Origin: Strigamia acuminata
Taxonomy: Eukaryota
Assembly: GCA_949358305.1 (NCBI GenBank)
Contig: OX442314.1
Location: 27,590,001 to 27,654,000, forward strand
DNA: 64,000 nt
Direction: 5' to 3'
The notes under the pieces were generated by a model. It did not search any database and had not been told where the DNA came from. It worked only from the letters and a program-made list of their open reading frames with translations. Shown in pieces: positions 1 to 11,693 of the stretch. A program made the translations under genes and the position numbers. The number at the start of each line of letters is the position of its first letter. The stretch's first letter is position 1.

Positions 1-732
1 CTCATTGTGTGAACGCAAGAGACTTGATATTTCTGTTTGAAAAATGTTTAAACCTTCCTGTATGTTGTAGTTTACTGTACAGTACGTGTGTGTGGGTAAT
101 ATATATTCTTACACGCTTGTGAATATGTATATATCAACGATTATCACAACCACAATTAATGTTATTCAACAGAACTAATTCAAATTTGATTATACAGTAT
201 ATAATTTTAATAATTATACACCAGCATTTCATTTTACAAACAAATCAATTGTGCTTATACATAATTTATAAGAAAAATAAATTACAAAATTAATGTAATT
301 CAACGACAATATAATTCTTACTAGAATCCAATGTGAATGCTTGGTCTTATAAAGTCTGCACCTGATACCAAATTCAAACACTGAATCCATATTTTTGCAC
401 TTGACTGAATAGTGTCATTACCGGTACCTGTTCTTTTTTTATGAAATTTATGTATTTGTTGCATCTAAGTGTATGCAGCGCAAGAGTGTATGTATGTTCG
501 TGTATGTATGTTCGAAATAAAAATCAATTGTGGGAGAAATTATGAATTCAATTTTAAGTGTTAGGTAGCATTTGAAACTTAGTTATTTGTAGCGATAATT
601 ATGAGTTGTCTGTGTGAAGGGAATATCCAATAGCATATATTAAATTTTCTAGAAAAATTTTAAAAATGTAAATTTCTTAAAAAATAATTAAAAATGCAAC
701 TCATACAACCATATAATTTAAATTATCATATA

Positions 733-1301
733 CAGTCGAAACTCTTTATAACGAATCGCGATATAACGAATTATCGCTATAACGAATTATTGAAAATGAC
801 TTGGTTGGCCAGCCATAGAACACCATGTTAAATATATTCGTTATAACGAATTTCGATATAACGAATTATTCGTTATAACAAACAAGTTTTCAGGTACACT
901 GTAATACCAACAAGCCCTCGTTATAACGAATTTTCAAAACTGATCACATGACTCACAACATCTTATGCCCATGTTAGGAACACATTTAGAAAAAATAAAA
1001 AATTTTCTGTTTTAAAATGGCTGCCAAATGAAAAGAAATTTTGATTTAGAACAAGTTGAACATTTTTAATGCCATTAACAATGGCAAGAAGCTATCAATT
1101 GTAGCAGTTGAGTTTAATTTGTCCCGTTTTACAATTTCAACAGTTTTTAAGAATCGGGATAAAATTAACATGATTTTAAGAATAAATAATGTTGTTTATG
1201 ATAAAATTTTATTTTTTTCAGCTAATTCGTTTTAACGAATTCTCGTTATAACGAATCGATTTGTCCGGTCCCATGCGATTCGTTATAAAGAGTTTCGACT
1301 G
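733..1301 (+). mobile_element. Non-autonomous pogo/Tigger-type DNA transposon with a decayed CENP-B-type HTH N-terminus
   Basis: Terminal inverted repeats CAGTCGAAACTCTTTATAACGAATCGC / GCGATTCGTTATAAAGAGTTTCGACTG are flanked by TA (731-732, 1302-1303), with internal TATAACGAA repeats. Region ~1017-1167 reads, with breaks, ...NIFNAINNGKKLSIVAVEFNLSRFTISTVFKNRDKI, resembling the pogo/Tigger transposase N-terminal HTH. Confidence 0.85.
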
Positions 1302-1764
1302 TACTTTGTCATGGGTGTGTTCTTCTACTACCGTACTGCCTCGAATAAACGCCGGGGCGTTTATTAATTTTCCCCACCCGACCCCATGCCCAGCATAGTA
1401 TTCAAGTAGCCTTGATGCCCAGCTCCCACTGGGATCAGCAACTTAATTGCTTAGTCTCAGTGCCATTCCTAACCTTGGCTTGTTACGATATTTAATCCAT
1501 TTAGTGTTATTTCTATGGCAATTTAACTTAGAATATTTTTCTTCATTTCTCTAAATAACTTAAAATATTTTCTCCATTTGTCTAAATAACTTAGATATTA
1601 TTTACTTTATATGTTATTTACTTTATGATTTTGGATAACTTAATGTTATTTAATTTAGAGTTTTATTTTGTCTGTAATTTGAAACCAAAGGTTAACTGGG
1701 TCAAAAAAGACCCATCTTAGGAGTCTAAAGGACATAGACCCAATGCTGTGTGTTGATGAAATAT

Positions 1765-2363
1765 ATATAAAATTGATCTAAATTTATATAAAATTGATCT
1801 AAATTTATATAAAATTGATCTAAATTTATATAAAATTGATCTAAATTTATATAAAATTGATCTAAATTTATATAAAATTGATCTAAATTTATATAAAATT
1901 GATCTAAATTTATATAAAATTGATCTAAATTTATATAAAATTGATCTAAATTTATATAAAATTGATCTAAATTTATATAAAATTGATCTAAATTTATATA
2001 AAATTGATCTAAATTTATATAAAATTGATCTAAATTTATATAAAATTGATCTAAATTTATATAAAATTGATCTAAATTTATATAAAATTGATCTAAATTT
2101 ATATAAAATTGATCTAAATTTATATAAAATTGATCTAAATTTATATAAAATTGATCTATATAAAATTGATCTAAATTTATATAAAATTGATCTATATAAA
2201 ATTGATCTAAATTTATATAAAATTGATCTAAATTTATATAAAATTGATCTAAATTTATATAAAATTGATCTAAATTTATATAAAATTGATCTAAATTGTT
2301 ATAAAATTAATCTAAATGTTTATAAAATTAATTTAAATGTTTATAAAATTAATGTAAATGTTT
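1765..2363. repeat. Minisatellite, 21-bp unit (ATATAAAATTGATCTAAATTT), about 28 copies, degenerating at the right end
   Basis: Head-to-tail tandem repeat with a 21-nt period and no spacers. Confidence 0.95.
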
Positions 2364-4318
2364 AAATGCGGCAGCCATCTTTGTTGTGGTCAAAACATGT
2401 GTTTGCCAAATTTCATTGTAATCCAGTAGAGCCCGGATGTTAGGCATGCGCAGAATCTGGGCCATTTTATGCCCATCTTAAGGAGAGAGGGAAAACTAAT
2501 CCATTCGGGTTGGAAGGGTTAACCTACAGCCATTAATTTCTAGATTTCCGCTTGCCCCCAAAACCGTCAGTGATGTAAAGTAATGTGTTTATTGCAGTTG
2601 CTAGGCACCAAATGCCTACAATTGTTACTCTGCAAGGTTAATAGTTTCACGTAGTATTGTTGCATATTAGCAGCACTTAAGCCTAGCTTTAATTTAGATG
2701 TTTTTGATATATAACAGCGCTAAAGACACATTAAAGGTTCAGTATTAATCAAATTTCCCGTACATGTTGACAAAATCATTACAGGTGCTCAGTTAATGCA
2801 TGTTTGCAGCTAAACCTGTCAACACCTGCTAGTAAATCTTCTCGAATCAAACTACAGTATTCAATTTTTAAATCCAAATTTATAATTTTCAGAAGTAAAT
2901 TTTAACAGCCGAAGGTGACATTTCACATCTGCTCTTATCTCGACAGCAATTTCTACTTCGACATTTTTCTGGAAGCGGCAATCAATCCAAGGTCAGTTCT
3001 TAGGGCACGTGCCAAAAATTGCTTTACAAGTTCCTAATGCTTTTATTTCACCCCTGTGGTTGCAAAAGATATTTCATTGATAAGTTTCAAGAAAACAAAA
3101 ATAAATAAAAATACCGATAAATAAATTTTTTAAAAGAAAACTTAAAAAATTTATTTATGTTTGCTGAAACCGGAACTGTAATTTTGTACCAAAAACAAAT
3201 TAAAATCAATAAAATTATTTTATTGACAATGTGGAATTTTGAGCTATAGATGGCGCTACACTCTACTTGCGCAGTGCGCAGTCACGAAATGTGGACCAGA
3301 TTTTTTTATTTCAATATTCTTTTTAAATCATCATCTTTTTGTGTGTGTCTCAGGGTGTTTGTGTGTAGCCAGTGATGTGAAAAGACACAGGTGTCATTCG
3401 AGTGCAAGACGCCACAACAGTCACGCCAATGTGGCTGAGTAAATGATGGGACGCCGACACCTGTGGATGGAATCAAATGAGCGCCACACCGCTACAGGTT
3501 GAAAGAAATCACGATCCTTGACGTGATACACAGGTGTTGGATTACTTCATGACCCATAATTATTTCGCATTCCATCCTCAGTTTGATTCATTGGACGATG
3601 AGGATGATGAGATTGAGCTCCCTGATATACGCTTAAAAAAATATACAGAGATTGGATATAGAAACAAATATATAATATAACAACAAACTGCGAAAACATG
3701 CATTCATTCATTTAAAAACAGAAAGAAAAATGCACGTCTTTGACACGTGGTCAGTATTAAAATTTGTGCATTTGGATCACACATGAGGTGAACTTTGACA
3801 CGGCGTCTGGAAAAAAATAAACACAAAAGGGGAGTAAAAAGATACCACCCTTGTCAAGACGCAAGACACATTCTAAGATACGAGACGCATTTTCTTAAGA
3901 CTGGTTTTGGTGCGTTCTTGAGTATAGAGGATTGGGTTGAATTCTCCATTCACTTACAACAGGATTTTCGGGGGCCAGGGTCTCAGCCAATGTGTTTTTG
4001 CACCTCCCACATCCTCCTCTTTTTTGCCCTCGAAATCCGGTCAGGGCATGTTGAGACCAGCTCGTGCGAACGATGGCCATCATCAACGTTTTTTAGGCTT
4101 AAACATGTGAGCTAATCAGTTTCAAATGGCAACTTAATAGTTGCAAATTGCTGTGTGCAGTAGAATGCCGATTACCCACATGGTTTTAAAGTGTATAGAA
4201 TTTGAAGGAATTAAGTGTGTTATTTGTACAGTAAATAATGCATTTCATATCAAGATTTAAAAAATGCATTTGCAACCAATAGCATGCATTTTTGCAAAAT
4301 CCAATGCATTTCAAAATA

Positions 4319-5552
4319 CCGTATTTCACCAAATAAGAGCCGCGGCTCTTATTCAAAGCGGGCACTCTGAGCAACGGCTCTTAATCGAGGGCGGCTCTTA
4401 TTACCATAATTTGATTGGAATTTCAATTTTTTCATTGAAATTTCACTTTTTTTTAATAAAATTTCACTTTTTTCCCATTGAAATTTCACTTTTTTCATTA
4501 AAAATTCACATTTTTCCATTGAAAAATCACATTTTTCCATTGAAAAATCACATTTTTCCATTGAAAAATCACATTTTTCCATTGAAAAATCACATTTTTC
4601 CATTGAAAAATCACATTTTATCATTGAAAAATCACATTTTTCCATTGAAAAATCACATTTTTCCATTGAAAAATCACATTTTTCCATTGAAAAATCACAT
4701 TTTTCCATTGAAAAATCACATTTTTCCATTGAAAAATCACATTTTTCCATTGAAAAATCACATTTTTCCATTGAAAAATCACATTTTTCCATTGAAAAAT
4801 CACTTTTTTCCATTAAAATTTCACTTTTTTTTCATTGAAATTACACTTTTTGTCATTGAAAATTCTCTTTTTTCCCATTGAAATTCACTTTTTTTCATTG
4901 AAATTTCACTTTTTTTCTTTATAAATTTCACTTTTTTTCCATTGAAATTTCACTTTTTTCATTAAAATTTCACTTTTTTCATTAAAATTTCACTTTTTTC
5001 ATTAAAATTTCACTTTTTTCATTACAATTTTATTTTTTAGTAAAATTCTAATTTTTTCCATTGAAATTTCATTTTTTTCATTAAAATTTCACTTTTTTTC
5101 CTTTGAAATTTCACTTTTTTTCCATTGAAATTTCACTTTTTTTTCATTGAAATTACACTTTTTGTCATTGAAAATTCTCTTTTTTTCCATTGAAATTCAC
5201 TTTTTTTCATTGAAATTTCACTTTTTTTCTTTATAAATTTCACTTTTTTTCCATTGAAATTTCACTTTTTTCATTAAAATTTCACTTTTTTCATTAAAAT
5301 TTCACTTTTTTCATTAAAATTTCACTTTTTTCATTAAAATTTTACTTTTTTCATTCTACAATTTTATTTTTTAGTAAAATTCTAATTATTTTCCACTGAA
5401 ATTTTCCTTTTTTTTAAAATTTTCTATCTAAATAACCATCATCATCGACGAATTTTTCATTAACCGTTTCCTGTTTGGTTACAAATTATTTCAAACTGCC
5501 TCTCTGAGGCGCGGCTACTATTCGAGGGCGACTCTTAATTAATAAAATACGG
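4319..5552. mobile_element. CCGTA-ended MITE (pogo/Tc1-mariner superfamily) expanded by an internal minisatellite
   Basis: Ends are CCGTATTTCACCAAATAAGAGCCGCGG ... GACTCTTAATTAATAAAATACGG with TA on both sides. Same family as 11191-11423. Confidence 0.75.
4430..5410. repeat. Minisatellite, 20-22-bp unit (TTTTTCCATTGAAAAATCACA and variants)
   Basis: Tandem repeat that accounts for the repetitive ORFs 4264-4881 and 4349-4813. Confidence 0.95.
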
Positions 5553-5897
5553 TAATTTCAATGTATGTTTTAACCATATGGTACGTACTAAGCGAACGAC
5601 TGGTTATCCGAGCAGCAGTGTTCGATACTTATCTATTTTTAACGACTTTTAATTGATTTTTTTTTAATTTTTATAAACCAATTTCCGATAATATGAACAT
5701 CCATGTCTCCCAATTAGTTCAGATAATCGGCATTCTCATGTTCGTCCAACCTTCAATGATAATAAATAATAAATGATGCATTAAATAGTTTCAGCGCTTG
5801 TGATCGTCGCTTGTGTTTGTCATGTGGGCTGCAAGGTAGCATCTATCGTTCTTTCCTAATCGAGCTTCGGCCTACTCCACCCGAAATGACGTTACAC

Positions 5898-7045
5898 GCA
5901 GGTGTTCGCATGCATTACGCAGACCGTGGGAACGCGGAGAGTCAACTTGCCACGTGACCCCCCGAGAATGCGAATCATTCGCCAAAGCATGCGCAACTGG
6001 ATTAAAGAAGAGGGTGCATTGAAAAATCCCGCGCAGCTGCGCATTCAAGTATTGTTCATTTTCCCATCTTCCTAACACGGGCCAAAAGGCTAGAGGTGGC
6101 CAAACTCCACACAGCTAACACTAAATACATTACTTCCTCAATACCGAACAACTAAACAAATAAATAAACAAATATATTTACAAACGTCAATGAAAAAATC
6201 AAAATATTTCGACTTTCAACCTTGAAAACTGTCAAAATAAAACAATCTTTAGTTCTTTACAACCAAACGGCCGTCGGTAGTAAAAATAAAGACGAAATAG
6301 CCATAAGGCCACACTTAGGAGATGTGTAAAGCCCACTTCGGCACGCGCCATAATTGACCTTGAGTTTCCCCTCCAGGACAGCCACTCGTGAGACCTATCA
6401 GTTGTAACATCTCCAGTTCAATTTCGTTTCATTGTTTGTACATTTCCCCCAACCTGCCACAATAAACGAGAATAACAGCGTCCTGGATTGATAATTTGAT
6501 AACGTCGTTAGAATGTGATGGTAAATGCGTACACGATCGCTCGTGTGCCTCGCGTGGCATCTCCACGCCACGCGAAGGGCGGGAGGCGTGTGGCTCGCAC
6601 GGGCAGGTGTGTGCTGGCCGCGTGGCCGTGGGAAACGACGGCAGTTACACTTCCCAGTACATTCCACTGGTTGGCAACCGCAGATGGGGCGCGCGCGCGC
6701 CAGCGCAGCCCACTAATCGACGCCACATGTTGCAGGCAACTTCTCACACTACAGAAACTATTAAAAACTCGTAGACACTAACCAGCGTTTCATCATTTTA
6801 AAAAAAAAACACAACCGTGACTCATTTTATGTGATTTTTTCTCTGTTTGTCATCACTGAAGAGAAACCACACACCGTTTGCTCACAGTGAATATTCCAGC
6901 CCGCACAGTTGGTCAATTGCAACATGAAATGATGTTATTAGAAGTCAATCGGAGCAGCTGTTTCCTGAAAAAGGCGCCTCGATTTCTTTTTGCCCGTAAG
7001 CAAAACCAGTCACCGTGGGAAAGTGACCGGGAGCAGCTTCTTATA
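5898..7045. promoter_or_regulatory. Candidate Notch-responsive enhancer cluster downstream of the HES gene
   Basis: CSL/Su(H) sites CGTGGGAA at 5925, 6627 and 7014 and TTCTCACA at 6741; proneural GCAGGTG at 5898 and 6603; several CACGCG/CGCGTG HES class-C sites; AP-1 TGACTCA at 6818. GC-rich island in an AT-rich background. Confidence 0.65.
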
Positions 7046-7251
7046 CCAGTAAGAACTCGCGTGTCCCTGAGGCGTCCATCAACCATCGTAGTATGACAAG
7101 TGGGAGCATGTCTGTACTTGTATAGTGTGTGTGTTGTGGAAGGCTGGTGACTGAATGAAAATTTAATTGCTGTGTAGATTAATATTGTTGTTGCTGAATA
7201 AAATTTTTACAGATTATTACAAATTGTTTGAGTTATTTGTAACATGCTAAG

Positions 7252-7597
7252 TAGGGTTGTTGTTCACGAGTGCGAAATGTCGCACCGCGATTTTTTATTT
7301 CCAAAATCGCAAACCGCAAAAAACCGCAAATCTCATTTTATTTTATTTTATTTAAAAAAATAATAATTATTATTTTATTATTTTTATTATTATCTTGAAT
7401 TTGAGAGCTTTTAAGGTTTATTTTCTTGAATTTTGGAGTTTTTAGGGTTTTTTTTCTAGAAATTTGGAGTTTTTAGGTTTATTTTCTTGAATTTTGGAGT
7501 TTTTAGGGTTTATTTTCTTGCGGTATTGCGATATACCGCGTGCACTGCAGAAACCGCACCGCACTTGCTAAAAAAAAAAAGTAACCGCATAACCCTA
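7252..7597. mobile_element. hAT-like MITE
   Basis: Ends are TAGGGTT...AACCCTA, with AACCGCA subterminal repeats and an internal ~29-bp tandem repeat. The 8-bp flanks match only partly (ATGCTAAG vs ATGCGGAA). Confidence 0.5.
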
Positions 7598-7669
7598 ATG
7601 CGGAATTTATTGCTCATTTTATCATTCTTCAAAAACTTTGCGATTTGGTCAAACACTTCGAAATGCAAG

Positions 7670-8165
7670 TGCATTAAGGAAAAGTGTCCGCTCGATTTTG
7701 CGAGCCACACAAACATTCTTTACCAAACTCGAGGATTTTATTTAAAAAAGAAATTAATTCGTATATCGTACGGCTCTGACGTAGGAATGGGCACCATAAT
7801 ACGATGAGTAGAATTGAAGAGGAAACTTCTTCAACGCCTGGATATTTCTTTTGCATCGGATTAAGTGCCGTTGGAATCTCGTTCCTTGTTGTATATTCTA
7901 CGGAAATTGTTGTAAGGACGGACAACGAGGTGCACTTCGTTATCTGTCCTTACAACAATTCGCACAGAATACAACAAGGAACGAAATTCCAACGTTACTT
8001 AATCGAATGCAAAAAGATTATCCTGTCGTTGGAGAAGTTTACCCTTTCAATTGCACCCATCGTATTAAAAAAAGTCAATTTTATGAATAAATGGTTCGAG
8101 GATTTATAAACACGAAGATGTTTGTGGTGGCTCGCGAATTCGAGCGAATATTTTTCCTAAGAGCA
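7670..8165. pseudogene. Palindromic (inverted-duplicated) relic of a GTSF1/Asterix-like CHHC zinc-finger gene; candidate hairpin RNA
   Basis: 7797-7932 is the reverse complement of 7933-8067 (roughly 80% identity, centred on GTGCAC at 7930-7935), and 7670-7716 pairs with 8118-8165. The right arm encodes CPYNNSHRIQQGTKFQRYLIECKK(fs)DYP..EVYPFNCTHRI and the left arm (minus) keeps RFQRHLIRC, a U11-48K-type CHHC finger pattern. Confidence 0.75.
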
Positions 8166-9286
8166 GTTCAATTTTTAACCCGAGCCGACTTCGATCGATC
8201 GAGGTGTTGTCTTTCAGAGTGCAACCGCCAGTGTGTACTTGTTTGATGTTTTACCGTACATGTATATTTGCATCAACAATGTAACGTCTAGTAGACGCAA
8301 CATCAATGTAACACCTCGCAGACGTAACAATGAGCCCACGACTTTAAGTAGTTTCAAAACTTTGATTTTGCTTGACTGTGAATGAGTGTGAGGCTATTTT
8401 GTTTTTGGGCCAGTTTTTGGTTGACACGCTCGGTCTTCTGAATAAATTTCAATGTGAAGTAATCACTAATTTAGAAAAATGAGATTTGTTAATAACTTTA
8501 AAAATAAACCGCTCCGTGTACGAACGGATATGGTGTCATTAAACCCAGATAAATATTACAGGTTTGATTTCCAGGGTGTGAATTTTTGTTTTCGATTTTG
8601 GTTACATTTTTCATTTCATCCAGAGATAATTGAGGAATGGTGTGACTTATATATAAATATTTAAAATTATAATTGTGTTTTTAATCAGTTAAAAGAGAAG
8701 CTGCGCTCAAAAAGTCTTGTTTCGCAACCACCGCACATACGTAAACAAGTAAGTGTGATTCAAAGATTAAATCCTTTATAAAGAAATATACATAAATGAA
8801 TATGGCACTATTTTAGTCTGAAGTAAACAACTAATTAAAGAAGATGCTGTTAAATTCAGGAAATAATGGACCATGACGAAACAGACACCATCATTTTAAC
8901 TTAATTTTTTTTTTACTTTATTTCTACACATTAACTTATTTTGCAAAATTTTTGCAAAAATTGGTTTTGCCTGTAACTTGCCAAGGTTTGATGGTTTTTA
9001 AAAAGTTCTTGATTAGATTGAAATGTTTATTTATTCCGAATGAATTCTCTTTTCCAAAATTCGACCTGAAAACAAATTAAATTTAAAAATAATAATAATA
9101 ATAATAATGGCAAAAAATCATGACAAACTGAATATGAACAAAATCTCGAACGAAGAGAACATTGCCCGGGCTTGCCCGCACTTGCCCGCACTTGCGAGCA
9201 ATTACCTTGAGACAAATCAAAATGTTTAAAAAAAATCTGACAATAATTTGCGAATCAAAAACAATAAAAAAGACTGATTTTTCCAA

Positions 9287-10033
9287 TCAATTTCTATGGT
9301 AAGGATGAACCCTGCCTGCATATTTTATATTCGTTTTAATAGCACAAGGAGCCTTGCCAATTCCGGACTTTTGAGTTGTCACTTGTTGCGATTGCGTAGG
9401 AGGTCCTTGAGGTCGTTGCATTCCAGTTCCAGGTGTCATTTTAACCTGACTGTCTAGACCTTTCCCGAGATAAACAGCACTAACGAGCAAATTAGTATCC
9501 GATAAAGATGACGTTCGTGCCATACAAGAACTGGCGCCCGATTTACTGTCCCAATCATCTCTAGCGACACGAATAAGCTCCAAAATGGCGTCGCAGATTT
9601 CATTTGTTTCTGCGACTAGTTTGTAACCCGCATCCAGCGGCGTCTGATTACATTTTTGAATTAATTGCTGTTCCTCCGCTTCCACCTCTAGATCAGCTTT
9701 GGTTCGTAAATAATCCGGCACAACTTCGTGGCTAAAAATGTTTATTCGACCCTCGGTGAGATTCATTAGTTCGTCGTCTCTGTTCTGCGTAATGTGAATT
9801 GGCAATGCAGTCAAATTACGCAGGATTGGCGCTTTTTCGCTTTTCACAATTTTCATCAAGGTCTTCATTTGCCCAGAAAAAAGCATGAAATTGTTCAGTA
9901 CGGTCGGCCAACTAAGTGTTTCGTGTTCGTGTTCAAGTTTGTCGAGAAAAGCGAGGATGGAATTTTTCAAATCCGCCACACGCAGGATCAAGTTATCCAA
10001 AAAGGTGTCCAAGATTTTCTCTTCTCTCTGCAT
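9287..10033 (-). CDS. MED8: Mediator of RNA polymerase II transcription subunit 8 (248 aa, intronless CDS)
   Basis: MQREEK...VADLKNS...LTEGRINIFSHEVVPDYLRTK...IKTNIK..HPY motifs characteristic of MED8. Start placed at ATG 10033 rather than the ORF-track start at 10159. Confidence 0.93.
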   Translation of the reverse strand: MQREEKILDTFLDNLILRVADLKNSILAFLDKLEHEHETLSWPTVLNNFMLFSGQMKTLMKIVKSEKAPILRNLTALPIHITQNRDDELMNLTEGRINIFSHEVVPDYLRTKADLEVEAEEQQLIQKCNQTPLDAGYKLVAETNEICDAILELIRVARDDWDSKSGASSCMARTSSLSDTNLLVSAVYLGKGLDSQVKMTPGTGMQRPQGPPTQSQQVTTQKSGIGKAPCAIKTNIKYAGRVHPYHRN

Positions 10034-10959
10034 TTCAATTTGCACAAATAATAAACACGAAATTATAATAAAACCCTCTTTCAGTCTCTCCAGATTGAAA
10101 ATGAATGATTGTACTTTACAATATACATATATATATACGAGACAAAAAGTGGCACGCATTTAATACGGGACAAAAAGTGGCACGTATTTAATACGTGCCC
10201 GAAAATCACTAAAAACTCTTTAAACTCATAAATCGAACTTCTGATAGTTTCTCAGATTTATTTTCTATAGTAAAAACGCTTATTTAGCATTATTTCTTAA
10301 TATTTTCCTTATTTTTCTGGTTTTTCCAACCTGTTTGCATTGTCACGTGGCAACAAGTGTGTTCAATCGCATACCGGGTGTGTATTGTGTATACAGCGCC
10401 CAACCATAACGACAACAAGTGACTTTAAGAGTTAAATTGACATACGGCGAGGCAAGGGGTCAGTTTCCTCGCTAACCCCCTCCCCAGGTAACTTTCCAAC
10501 AGGTATAAAAAGAGCACATACTGGGGGTTTGAAATTCCAACTAATATATATCATCTCTCGACCCTACCCTTTCTCACTGACCTGGTTTTTACCCCTCCCT
10601 GTGGAAACCATACGGTCATCCATCGTGTGGTCACCTTTTCTTTTTCCCAAGTCCAGCGTGCTTATCAGCACGCGTGGCCGACTTCGGTTCGCGGTTGATT
10701 GCGCAGAGGACTTGACCAACGCCCAGTTGTGTTTCTCAACGGTTTTCACAGTCGCACGGACTTGTAAAGAAAAACGTTGGTGACCAATGTCCACCTTATC
10801 TCTTACAACAAGTCTATTTATCTCGATCCCTCAAACTTATGAGGCGTGGAAAGGGATTTATTCGGAAAAAGGGTGGAGAGGAAAATGCACGGACGATTAA
10901 TTTACAAATTAATGGACAAATCGCGACGGTTCGGTCTGGAATTTGGAGTGTGGTCGAGG

Positions 10960-11170
10960 CACGTGTCCGTTTGGGTGTGGCGTTCGCCTGTTCCCACGCT
11001 CCACCTGTTTTTATAATGAGGGAGGAAACACTGTTCACTTCATTCAGTCCCAGAACGTGACTCAGTGGCATCACTCACCACATGTTGCCTGTGTCCCCCC
11101 CCCCCCGTGATTGACCCATTAATGGCTCAGTGGCCACAAACAACAGGTGGGAATGACTCATCCCACTTCT
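10960..11170. promoter_or_regulatory. Candidate 3' enhancer of the HES gene (CSL, E-box and AP-1 sites)
   Basis: TTCCCACG at 10991, CACCTG at 11002, TGACTCA at 11058 and 11154. The second AP-1 site is nested in GTGGGAATGACTCATCCCAC. Confidence 0.45.
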
Positions 11171-11190
11171 TAAAAATAAATTAATAAATA

Positions 11191-11423
11191 CCGTATTTTA
11201 TCGATTAAGAGCCGCGGCTGACATTTTTGTCAGCAATTACAATTTCGGTTTGTTAAATTTGTTTAATGTAACAAACGAAGTCTGAACGTCAGGAACGAAG
11301 CGTACTATCATCGTTCGTGAGGTTAAATACGGAAACAATAGCGTACTTTTGCAAAAATACGCTATTCTTGGTGTCTGAGCCGCGGCTACCATTCGAGAGC
11401 GACTCTTAATCGGTAAAATACGG
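11191..11423. mobile_element. CCGTA-ended MITE (233 bp)
   Basis: TIRs CCGTATTTTATCGATTAAGAG / CTCTTAATCGGTAAAATACGG with TA target duplication. Confidence 0.85.
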
Positions 11424-11537
11424 TAGATTGTGTTCTATCAATTGATATTTAACGTGGTTGATATTTCTACAAGTTTTAAAAATAATTGAATAAAATATGA
11501 CGACTTTGATTCTGTTATAATTCAATAAATTTGCTTT

Positions 11538-11669
11538 TTTATTTTTCACATTTTTTTAAAGAAAATATTTCAATTTTTTGTTTTCAAATTCAAAAAATAA
11601 TCACATCGAGTATAAAAAATATCTTTGGAAAGACTTTGCAAGTCTCTTGAGAGTCTCTGTTTATCACAG
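11538..11669 (-). promoter_or_regulatory. HES 3'UTR with two K-boxes and a poly(A) signal
   Basis: Minus-strand cTGTGATa at 11662-11669, TGTGAT at 11600-11605 and AATAAA at 11538-11543. Confidence 0.7.
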
Positions 11670-11693
11670 TCGAGCTTTGAGCAGACCTGGACA

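Noticed and set aside
1765..2363. CRISPR-like array
   Set aside because: Head-to-tail repeats with no spacers, in eukaryotic DNA.
1331..2522. Solo transposon-like ends (CCGTACTGCCTCGAATAAACGCC at 1331; AGGGTTAA at 2515)
   Set aside because: No convincing partner terminus or TSD was found.
280..4115. Possible exons or relic coding fragments at ~320-430, 2890-2990 and 3900-4110
   Set aside because: No recognisable protein motif or consistent gene model.
4264..4881. 205-aa and 154-aa repetitive ORFs
   Set aside because: Artefacts of a 21-bp minisatellite lacking stops, inside a MITE.
5872..7100. Bearded-family or second E(spl) gene
   Set aside because: No NxANE, GTFFWT, bHLH or WRPW motifs in any listed frame; the short ORFs reflect GC-rich regulatory DNA.
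10034..10159. 42-aa N-terminal extension of MED8
   Set aside because: Homology starts at MQREEK; the upstream part is low-complexity UTR- or intron-like sequence.
11627..11634. GY-box in the HES 3'UTR
   Set aside because: The minus strand reads GTCTTTCC, not GTCTTCC.
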